Of a stretch of 32,000 nucleotides of DNA, positions 1-6,831 are shown piece by piece. Origin of the DNA: an uncultured Candidatus Saccharibacteria bacterium (GTDB lineage: Bacteria; Patescibacteriota; UBA1384; XYA2-FULL-43-10; 1-14-0-10-43-13); NCBI GenBank assembly GCA_964543385.1, contig CAZIYE010000001.1, positions 60,001 to 92,000 of the forward strand. The letters run 5' to 3'. The position numbers were made by a program, and so were the translations under genes. Below the pieces are notes generated by a model. That model was not told where the DNA came from, made no database searches, and saw only the letters and a list, made by a program, of their open reading frames with translations. Position 1 is the stretch's first letter. Each line of letters begins with the position of its first letter.

Positions 1-504
1 GCAATAATTATTATCCACCATAATGAATTCGCCAATACTGGTTTTACGACGATAAATGGGGACATCGGAACCTACCCGACTCTGTCCGAGACTGGATTTG
101 ACTCTGTAACTCTGACCGGAACAAACAATGTGGGCAATGGCGTGACTCAGAGCGCCAAAGCAGATCTAATTACCGGGTACAATGCCGCTATTGCCAAGAC
201 ACCCGTCACAACAGTAGCCACCGAGCTTGGTGGCACAACAAAGATTGCCGGGGTTTACGGCTCGGCATCAGGCACCTTTGGCATAACCGGCACCTTGATC
301 CTTGATGCCCAAAACGATCCGGATTCATTATTTATTTTTAAAGCAGATTCAACATTGATCGCAGATGCTGATACAACAGATGTATTTAATTCGCATGACG
401 GCAAAGTTCATCTCAATCTCATCACTTGCGGCGGGGCTTGGAATGAAGTTGCCAAAAGCCACTTCAAACGAATTGTGATATTTACTGATCAAGTTTTAGA
501 CTAG
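1..504 (+). pseudogene. Chimeric ORF open at the window edge: N-terminal half of a DUF3494/ice-binding-like surface-protein domain joined in frame to a sortase C-terminal fragment
   Basis: Frame 1 has no stop from nt 1. The residues INGDIG..TGF..ADLITGYNAA..ELGGTT..GVYGSASG..ITGTLILDAQNDPDSLFIFKADSTL follow the N-terminal DUF3494 consensus, but the rest of the beta-helix is missing. From ~nt 380 the ORF reads KVHLNLITCGGAWNEVAKSHFKRIVIF, which is a sortase Cys loop (L-x-TC) plus the Arg strand, with no His region. Confidence 0.55.
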
Positions 505-590
505 CCTACTCGCTTTATCTTTAATAATTAGTTTTGTGTTGTTGGATATTTATTGAACATATATTTCTTAATGCGAATCTACTGTTGTCC

Positions 591-802
591 ATTAAAATAT
601 ATCTTTTAGCCATAGTTATGTCGGTTGATGGCAAAACCACAAAATGGAATGAGTCAGATATACAATCATGGAGTTCCAAAAAGGACCAAGGATTTTTGGG
701 CTTGGTAAAAATTTGTTAGAGAATATAAAACTTAATCTTATAAAGATTTTTGAACTCAATAAACAGGGAACTTTACTGTCAAAATATAGTATTGATAAAT
801 GA
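591..802 (+). pseudogene. Internally deleted remnant of a RibD_C/dihydrofolate-reductase-like reductase
   Basis: The N-terminal piece IKIYLLAIVMSVDGKTTKWNESDIQSWSSKKDQGF (frame 3, stop at 717-719) resembles the family N-terminus (..ISLDGKI...W.S.ED..F). The C-terminal piece NIKLNLIKIFELNKQGTLLSKYSIDK* (722-802, frame 2) resembles the family C-terminus. About 100 central codons are absent, there is a frame change, and no ATG remains. Confidence 0.5.
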
Positions 803-806
803 GCGA

Positions 807-815
807 GGGGGGGGG
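807..815. repeat. G9 homopolymer tract
   Basis: Nine consecutive G read directly in the sequence. The tract is intergenic, between the reductase remnant stop (802) and the stop of the minus-strand 97-aa ORF (825). Confidence 0.9.
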
Positions 816-824
816 ATCGAACGG

Positions 825-1118
825 CTAAGCCGGACGACCCCGCGGGCGAGGATAAGTGAGATCGCGCAAGTTAGGCGGTAGCCTATCAACAACTTCGCTA
901 GAAGTCTTGATCAGCTCTTCAGCCCGATGGACAGCATCGCGAAAGACTGCTTCATCGAATGACTTGTACTTACTTAGAAGTAAGTAACATCCGAAATCAT
1001 CAGTCGATTCAGTCAGTAGCCAGTTGCGCAGTAGATGCGCAATGTACTTCGCTCGCAGAGTCTGTTGACTCTGGTAAAAACGAAGGAATGTTATTACTGC
1101 CCCCTCATGCGCTGTCAT
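825..1118 (-). CDS. Hypothetical 97-aa soluble helical protein with a Pro/Arg-rich tail (islet A)
   Basis: An internal ATG at 1118 of ORF 825..1208 overlaps the stop of the upstream small membrane ORF by 14 nt (ATGACAGCGCATGA), suggesting translational coupling. GC is ~49%. I recognise no family. Confidence 0.5.
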   Translation of the reverse strand: MTAHEGAVITFLRFYQSQQTLRAKYIAHLLRNWLLTESTDDFGCYLLLSKYKSFDEAVFRDAVHRAEELIKTSSEVVDRLPPNLRDLTYPRPRGRPA

Positions 1119-1275
1119 ATCGCTCGATCTCCTTATGCCAGATAACACAGATGCCGACGAATCCGACGGCAATAGCGATGTTGAACGCCCATTCTGGTGC
1201 TTTAGCATCTGCGCAGATCAACAGCGCTGCGAATGCTATCAATAGAATGGCGATCGTTGCGAGTATTTTGAACAT
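1105..1275 (-). CDS. Small 56-aa two-TM membrane protein with a charged C-terminus (islet A)
   Basis: MFKILATIAILLIAFAALLICADAKAPEWAFNIAIAVGFVGICVIWHKEIERYDSA. A GGAGGT Shine-Dalgarno sits 8 nt upstream of the ATG at 1275, directly downstream of a near-consensus promoter. Confidence 0.6.
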   Translation of the reverse strand: MFKILATIAILLIAFAALLICADAKAPEWAFNIAIAVGFVGICVIWHKEIERYDSA

Positions 1276-1297
1276 TTTCTCGCACCTCCATATTTTG

Positions 1298-1326
1298 ATT
1301 ATATCATAATTAGTTATTTTTGTCCA
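1298..1326 (-). promoter_or_regulatory. Near-consensus sigma70-type promoter for the islet A two-gene unit
   Basis: On the minus strand it reads TGGACA - 17 nt - TGaTATAAT (extended -10). The -35 is the complement of 1321-1326 and the -10 is the complement of 1298-1303. Confidence 0.6.
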
Positions 1327-1339
1327 TAAAAACCTTGTA

Positions 1340-1368
1340 TTGACTAAAAACATTAGTAGTAGTATAAT
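1340..1368 (+). promoter_or_regulatory. Near-consensus sigma70-type promoter firing rightward, back-to-back with the minus-strand promoter
   Basis: TTGACT (1340-1345) - 17 nt - TATAAT (1363-1368). It is separated by only 13 bp from the divergent -35 element. Confidence 0.6.
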
Positions 1369-1375
1369 ATGTAAT

Positions 1376-1675
1376 AAGAATAGACCCCCGTCTTTTCTAG
1401 AAACCCCATTGGAGGCAACCCCCATGGAAAAAGTGCGCACTAACAGCACAACATCACAGTCTGGGACGCCAACCGTCCCTAAGACGCACAAAAGACAGAC
1501 GTTATCGTCGGGACTAAACGTCGAGGCAGTTTTCGCTATGCTGCACAAGCAGAATAGCGTCACGCCTGATGTCTGTCTCAGCCGGCGCTCCGGCACCCCC
1601 AGCAGCTTAATTGTTAGCCGCCTGAGGTAAAAACGCCGTTCCGGTTGCCTGACCATGTGTCAGGCAACCGGAACA
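1376..1675 (+). ncRNA. Candidate ~300-nt GC-rich transcript, either a structured sRNA or the mRNA of a 68-aa basic Ser/Thr-rich ORF (1424..1630)
   Basis: It is bounded by the promoter at 1340-1368 and a perfect 16-bp hairpin at 1638-1674. Several local hairpins are visible, for example GUCU-GGGACG-CCAAC-CGUCCC-UA-AGAC and CGCUAU-GCUGC-ACAA-GCAG-A-AUAGCG. The GGAGG at 1411-1415 and the AUG at 1424 lie inside their own hairpin (1406-1427). Confidence 0.3.
1638..1674. terminator. Perfect 16-bp stem / 5-nt loop hairpin; intrinsic terminator for elp3 (minus) and likely 3' end of the plus-strand islet A transcript
   Basis: GTTCCGGTTGCCTGAC-catgt-GTCAGGCAACCGGAAC. On the minus strand it is followed by GGCGTTTTTA and sits 5 nt after the elp3 stop. 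On the plus strand a T-run appears only ~12 nt later. Confidence 0.7.
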
Positions 1676-1679
1676 TCCC

Positions 1680-3302
1680 TTAAAGATTTTTTATCATATA
1701 AGTATCTTTTTCTATATATCCAATATTTCTGAAGTATCCCCTGACACCAACTCCAGCAATAACAGCAATTTTATCCAATAAATACTCATTCTTTGTTATC
1801 TTTTCAGCCTCTGATACCAATATTCTGCCAAAACCTTGATGCTGAGCAGCCTGACCACTTTTTTGTCCAATTCTCACTTGCGGACCATAAGTATGAATTT
1901 CACGAATTAGGGCACTATCCTCCAACGCTTTTATGAAGTGTTTTTTCTTTGAATTATATTGAGAGACGATTCTCAACCTAAGCATGCTATATAGTTGAGA
2001 TTTATCTAATGATTCAATAGACAGAAAAATATCTTTTCCATCGGCAGAGTCATAGTCTTCTCTGAATAATTTCCATTCTGTCAATTTATCAAATCTACTC
2101 TTTACCTCTCGACAACGTACGCAATGACATCTTTTGCCGTTTTTTGCCAAAGTAATTTCAACTTCTTGACGAAGATTAGACACTTTTGAACCACCTTCAA
2201 CTATAGAATCGGCTGGTATGTCGCGGATGACACGTTCAATTCTACAGTAGTAGGGAATATATTCCTTGATTTTACATATCAAATCGATTAACTGTTCTTT
2301 TGTATAAGGTTTGTATTCTCCCTTTTCGTATAAACCATAAGCGCCAGATTCTTTTACTAGAGCCATCGGATATATCTTCAGATGGTCAGGTTGATATCGA
2401 CTATCTTCAAACATCGTTTTGAACATCGAGAGATCTAGGTCGGAATCAGACCCGGGAAGATTTAACATCATCTGATATGAAACTTTAAATCCAGCATCTT
2501 TGAGCAGTTTTGTTGCTTCTACAGTATCAGTATCGGTATTACCACGATTATTAAATTTCAAAACTTTATCGTATATAGACTGCACACCAAGCTCTACTTT
2601 TGTAACCCCAAGCCAACGCAAACGACGAATCTCGGCCTTGTTTATATAATCCTGCCTAGTTTCTATTGAAATTTCTACAATTCGATGTTCGGCAGTCTCA
2701 TTATTTTTCTGCAATTCATCAAGTTTCCTGTTTTTAAGTTCAAATTTAGTGCCAAAATCATTTGCAGCTTCAAATATTCTTTTAATAAACCATGTTTGGT
2801 AGCTCTTGGGATAATAAGACCAGGTACCGCCAATAATACGGATATTCAATTTATCAGTTATATGGCCAACAGCATCCAGAGCCTTCAAGCGGCTTTGAGT
2901 TTGTAAATATGGGTCATATCTACATGTTATTGCTCTCATTACGGCTGGTTCATTACTAAAATAGCTTTTAGGTACATCTTTTTCTGTTGGACAATAAATA
3001 CACTTACCAGGACATTCATATGGTTTTGTTAAAACCGATATTACAACGATTCCGGAAAGTGATCGGGTATTTTTCAAAATCAAAATTTTTTCTAATAAAA
3101 GATCTCTCTTGATTATTTTATTGGAGAGCAGATTATGATAAGCTTCAAGTATCTTATCATTTGTCAGCATTTCAGTTTTCTCTATTTTGCAAAATTGCCT
3201 CTTTGATTTATCCAAATCTTTGCGGCTCGAAATAGGTTGATCCAATATACCAACTATAAATTTTTCAGATAAAGTTAAATCCATGAATAAAGAATACGCC
3301 AA
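1680..3302 (-). CDS. elp3: Elp3-family radical SAM / GNAT tRNA uridine(34) modification enzyme
   Basis: Carries the radical SAM motif CPGKCIYC. The central region is Elp3-like, and the C-terminal GNAT has QHQGFGRILVSEAEKI and GVGVRGYFRNIGY. The ORF start at 3302 is TTG; the first ATG is at 3284 (MDLTLSEKF...). Confidence 0.85.
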   Translation of the reverse strand: MAYSLFMDLTLSEKFIVGILDQPISSRKDLDKSKRQFCKIEKTEMLTNDKILEAYHNLLSNKIIKRDLLLEKILILKNTRSLSGIVVISVLTKPYECPGKCIYCPTEKDVPKSYFSNEPAVMRAITCRYDPYLQTQSRLKALDAVGHITDKLNIRIIGGTWSYYPKSYQTWFIKRIFEAANDFGTKFELKNRKLDELQKNNETAEHRIVEISIETRQDYINKAEIRRLRWLGVTKVELGVQSIYDKVLKFNNRGNTDTDTVEATKLLKDAGFKVSYQMMLNLPGSDSDLDLSMFKTMFEDSRYQPDHLKIYPMALVKESGAYGLYEKGEYKPYTKEQLIDLICKIKEYIPYYCRIERVIRDIPADSIVEGGSKVSNLRQEVEITLAKNGKRCHCVRCREVKSRFDKLTEWKLFREDYDSADGKDIFLSIESLDKSQLYSMLRLRIVSQYNSKKKHFIKALEDSALIREIHTYGPQVRIGQKSGQAAQHQGFGRILVSEAEKITKNEYLLDKIAVIAGVGVRGYFRNIGYIEKDTYMIKNL

Positions 3303-3960
3303 AAAAATTATTAATAAAACAACTGATGATTATAACAGGATTGCCGAGCATTGGTCAAGGAAAAGGTGGCGATTACCTAGCGATATTCTCGCCTTAACAG
3401 ATTATATAAAAGAAGGGGATAAAGTACTTGATTTGGGATGTGGTAACGGATATTTTTATGACGAAGTCATAAATAAAAAAGCAGATTATACTGGCGCTGA
3501 TGTGTCAGAAAATCAATTAAAGGTCTGTAAAAGATTACATCCAAATGCTAATTTAGTTTTAACAGAAGCCCTAAAACTACCATTTAATAATAACACTTTT
3601 GATAAAATATTTTGCCTCTCGACTATTCATCATATCCCCAGTGAGGAATTTCAACTGGACTTCCTCAGGGAGATCAACAGAACTCTAAAGAAAGATGGCC
3701 GATTGTATTTAACCGCTTGGAATCTATCCGACCAAGAACTTATTCATGATCACAAAAAGATAGATAAAGAGGGCAATATTCTCTATCCATTCAAAGATTC
3801 AGATGGAATGACGATGGTAGATAGATTCATTCACATCTTCACAATTGATGAATTAATAAAACTGGTAAAGTCAGCAGATCTTGAAGCCATAGATTCAAAG
3901 ATTGTTAGTAGAGGTTACGGCAAATTCTCCAATAATCTAGTTATTGCTCAGAAGAAATAG
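3283..3960 (+). CDS. Class I SAM-dependent methyltransferase, Trm9-like
   Basis: YNRIAEHWSRKRW (compare Trm9 YN.IA.HFS.TR..PW), motif I VLDLGCGNGYF, LKLPFNNNTFDKIFCLSTIHH, GRLYLTAWNL and a C-terminal RFIHIFTIDEL. The layout is collinear with yeast Trm9 as I recall it. Confidence 0.7.
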   Translation: MNKEYAKKIINKTTDDYNRIAEHWSRKRWRLPSDILALTDYIKEGDKVLDLGCGNGYFYDEVINKKADYTGADVSENQLKVCKRLHPNANLVLTEALKLPFNNNTFDKIFCLSTIHHIPSEEFQLDFLREINRTLKKDGRLYLTAWNLSDQELIHDHKKIDKEGNILYPFKDSDGMTMVDRFIHIFTIDELIKLVKSADLEAIDSKIVSRGYGKFSNNLVIAQKK

Positions 3961-3975
3961 TTGCTGTCATATTTC

Positions 3976-4004
3976 TTTACACTTTTATAGTTTAGATCTA
4001 TACT
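3976..4004 (+). promoter_or_regulatory. Promoter of rarA, predicted to give a leaderless mRNA
   Basis: TTTACA (3976-3981) - 17 nt - TATACT (3999-4004). The rarA ATG at 4011 lies 7 nt after the -10 and no Shine-Dalgarno is present. Confidence 0.45.
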
Positions 4005-4010
4005 AGAAAT

Positions 4011-5282
4011 ATGACGAACATAAACCGAACACTTTTTCATAATAGTTCTAACACCCCGCTGGCCGAAAAACTCAGGCCGTTAACTTTTGAAGACTACATA
4101 GGCCAGGAACATATTTTGTCTGAAGGGAAAATATTGCGCCGGATTATAGAATCTGATCGCATTATCCCAATGATTTTTTGGGGACCTCCTGGCTGTGGCA
4201 AAACTACTCTGGCCCAAATTATTGCCGAGATAACAAATTCTAAATTCGTATTTTTTTCTGCAGTCACTGGAGGTATAGCTGATGCCAAGAAAATTATAGA
4301 ACAAGCTAGAAGTGACCTCGAACTATATCAAGCCAAAACTATACTTTTTATTGATGAAATTCATCGTTTTAACAAGTCACAACAGGATTATCTTTTACCA
4401 CATGTAGAGAAGGGAACGATCACGTTACTTGGAGCTACTACTGAAAATCCCTCCTTTCAGGTTAATGCACCGCTACTATCTAGAGCCCGAGTATTCCATT
4501 TTCGCGAGATCACTCCTGATTGCATACAAAGTATGATCAAGGGTGCTGTTAAGAAGATTGAGTCAAATCCCCAAAAATACTTTCCCAAAATATTTCTACT
4601 CGAGCAAAAAATCAAAATTAAGATAGACAAAGATGCACTCACACAAATTTCACAGCTTTGCGAAGGAGACGCCAGGGATGCATATAATGCTCTAGAATTA
4701 GCGATTATCTCTTCTCCAATAGATGATGATAAAATCACAATTACAAAAGAAACAGCCGAAGAATCAATCCAGCAAAAATTTATCCGTTACGACAAAGGTG
4801 CTGATGGCCATTATGACGCCATTTCTGCCCTACACAAATCCATAAGGGCAAGTGACGTAGACGCCGCCCTACATTATACAGCTAGAATGCTTGAGGCAGG
4901 AGAAGATCCTCTGTATGTGGTCCGTAGATTGGTTCGATTTGCCTCAGAAGATATAGGCATGGCAGACCCTCAAGCTCTCATTCTAGCCATCTCAGTATTA
5001 GAGACAGTGCGTTTTCTTGGCATGCCAGAGTCTAATGATGCGATTGCAGAGCTAGTGATTTATCTCTCTCTGGGCCCAAAATCAAGAGCCGTTGATGAAG
5101 CTTATGCAGCAGCAAAAGCAGATATATTAAATAAACGCCTAGATCCAATTCCTCTCAGAATTCGTAATGCTGAGACTAAATTGATGAAGGATTTTGGCTA
5201 CGGCAAAGATTATAAAATGTATGACAAAGAGACAAATCTGCCAGAAAATTTAAAGGGCAAAAAGTATTGGTCAGATAAATAG
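4011..5282 (+). CDS. rarA: Replication-associated recombination protein A (AAA+ ATPase, MgsA/RarA)
   Basis: Walker A FWGPPGCGKTTLA, Walker B ILFIDEIHRF, GATTENPSF, and a C-terminal MgsA domain (HYDAISALHKSIRASD, LYVVRRLVRFASEDIG). Confidence 0.9.
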   Translation: MTNINRTLFHNSSNTPLAEKLRPLTFEDYIGQEHILSEGKILRRIIESDRIIPMIFWGPPGCGKTTLAQIIAEITNSKFVFFSAVTGGIADAKKIIEQARSDLELYQAKTILFIDEIHRFNKSQQDYLLPHVEKGTITLLGATTENPSFQVNAPLLSRARVFHFREITPDCIQSMIKGAVKKIESNPQKYFPKIFLLEQKIKIKIDKDALTQISQLCEGDARDAYNALELAIISSPIDDDKITITKETAEESIQQKFIRYDKGADGHYDAISALHKSIRASDVDAALHYTARMLEAGEDPLYVVRRLVRFASEDIGMADPQALILAISVLETVRFLGMPESNDAIAELVIYLSLGPKSRAVDEAYAAAKADILNKRLDPIPLRIRNAETKLMKDFGYGKDYKMYDKETNLPENLKGKKYWSDK

Positions 5283-5287
5283 AACTT

Positions 5288-6118
5288 TTATTTTTTCTCT
5301 TCTGCATTTTCCTTCTCAGCATTAATTGCGCCATCTGGACAAACACGGTTACAATTATTACAACCAATACACTTTTCTAGGTCAACCTCGGGAACAGGTG
5401 TTGCAAAAACACCCAGGATACTACCAAATTTCAAAGCTTTTACCGGGCACTTCTCTATGCATATACCACATCCCTTGCATCTAGAGGGAACTATTTCTAT
5501 TTTTTTACCAAATCCCTTAGATAAAATCTTCCTTGTGGATGGAGAGAAAGCAGGATCAGTGAAATTATCAACCTCAAAAACCAAATCCCAACCAAACTCG
5601 AAAGCATCGTTATTAGCTTTTTTGACTTTTTCGTCATGAAATTTCTTACCGAGAACACCGGCAACCGCTTCCCATGTTTTCTCTTTATTAAAGTTTAATA
5701 TATTACTTAATTTTGCAGTAATAATAGTATTAAAAACTTTTGGAGTAAACCGCTGGTAAGCGTATTTAGTTGCTGGAGCAGCAAACAGATGTGTGGAAAG
5801 TTTTGGCAACTCAGCTACATCTATTGTTGAGCTATCAAATATGACCTTCGAATTTGGAGATATAAAGTCAGAGGCTATATGAATCGCTCTTTTCTGGAGA
5901 ATTATCACATAGTCAGCAACATTAAAGCGAGGATAATTTATCTCTCCTTTGGCAATAGTTATAAAAGCAGTTGAAGGAGTTCCTCGCTGTTCCACACCAA
6001 AAGATGGAATATAGGTAACATCATACCCAGAATTTGCGGCCGCATCAGTCAACACTTTTGCTATAGTCTGAATTCCCTGACCGCCTTCGCCAGTCAAGAG
6101 TATTTTTATCTGATTCAT
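5288..6118 (-). CDS. 2-oxoacid:ferredoxin oxidoreductase gamma subunit fused to a 2x[4Fe-4S] ferredoxin (delta-like) domain
   Basis: The N-terminus is GEGGQGIQTIAKVL, typical of the gamma subunit. The C-terminus has CKGCGICIEKCP and CIGCNNCNRVCP. It overlaps the beta gene by 4 nt. Confidence 0.8.
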   Translation of the reverse strand: MNQIKILLTGEGGQGIQTIAKVLTDAAANSGYDVTYIPSFGVEQRGTPSTAFITIAKGEINYPRFNVADYVIILQKRAIHIASDFISPNSKVIFDSSTIDVAELPKLSTHLFAAPATKYAYQRFTPKVFNTIITAKLSNILNFNKEKTWEAVAGVLGKKFHDEKVKKANNDAFEFGWDLVFEVDNFTDPAFSPSTRKILSKGFGKKIEIVPSRCKGCGICIEKCPVKALKFGSILGVFATPVPEVDLEKCIGCNNCNRVCPDGAINAEKENAEEKK

Positions 6119-6831
6119 TTAACCTCCCCGATAGGATAGAAAGCTTCCATTTCTTTCAATTTTGCAAGGCTATCCTTAGCATTGGTTTTCCAGTTTGTTG
6201 GACAAATGGACAAAACTTCAACCATAGAAAAACCTTTTTGGTCTTGTTGATGCAAAATAGCTTTTTTTATCAAATTTCTAAGTTGTATAGAATTTGAGAT
6301 TGAAGCACGAGCAATAAAAGCATCGGGAGAAGCGACCTTCCTAAGTAATTCAGGACCAAAGAAACCACTGCCGAGATCCTGATTTTTGCCTTTAGGAGAA
6401 GTAGGAGTTACCATTCCCATAGGAGTAGCCGGAGACATTTGCCCACCCGTCATACCATATAGCTCATTATTGATTACAATCGCAGTGATAGGCTCGTTTC
6501 TATATGCTGCATGAATCATCGCCTGCAATCCGATTGCATATCCGCCGCCATCACCCATATAGGCAATTGCTATTCTGTTTGGTCTTACTTTCTTATAGCC
6601 AACCATTACGGATGTTGTTCGACCATGATGGGTTTGCACAGTATCCATATTAAAAAAGTCCCAAGCAAGTAATGAACAACCAATATCTATTCCTAATGTA
6701 GTTTTATCAGCAACATCCAATTCATCAATGGCGAAGCCCAAATGTTTAAGTGCAGTGCCATGACCACAACCTGGGCAAAAAAAGTGAGGTTTGCTTGAGA
6801 CATTCCAGACTTTTGGCATTATTTTATCCAT
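6115..6831 (-). CDS. 2-oxoacid:ferredoxin oxidoreductase beta subunit (TPP-binding)
   Basis: N-terminal CPGCGH, TPP motif GDGGGYAIGLQ and NNELYGMTGGQ. Confidence 0.85.
   Translation of the reverse strand: MDKIMPKVWNVSSKPHFFCPGCGHGTALKHLGFAIDELDVADKTTLGIDIGCSLLAWDFFNMDTVQTHHGRTTSVMVGYKKVRPNRIAIAYMGDGGGYAIGLQAMIHAAYRNEPITAIVINNELYGMTGGQMSPATPMGMVTPTSPKGKNQDLGSGFFGPELLRKVASPDAFIARASISNSIQLRNLIKKAILHQQDQKGFSMVEVLSICPTNWKTNAKDSLAKLKEMEAFYPIGEVK

Noticed and set aside
534-719. 61-aa ORF listed in the track as a possible gene
   Set aside because: Only its second half resembles anything, namely the N-terminus of a RibD_C-like reductase. It lacks a credible start, and the matching C-terminus lies in another frame at 722-802. 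I treat it as a pseudogene fragment.
826-845. CCGGCTTA string on the minus strand, reminiscent of the 3' P4 strand of RNase P RNA
   Set aside because: No GAGGAAAGTCC-type 5' partner exists anywhere nearby, and the string lies at the 3' end of a coding ORF. I consider it coincidental.
1105-1656. 183-aa minus-strand ORF from the track, spanning the islet A promoter region
   Set aside because: Its N-terminal two thirds read through the AT-rich double-promoter region and have junk-like Cys/Arg/Leu-rich composition. A strong GGAGGT plus ATG at 1275 and a consensus promoter at 1298-1326 support only the C-terminal 56-aa protein.
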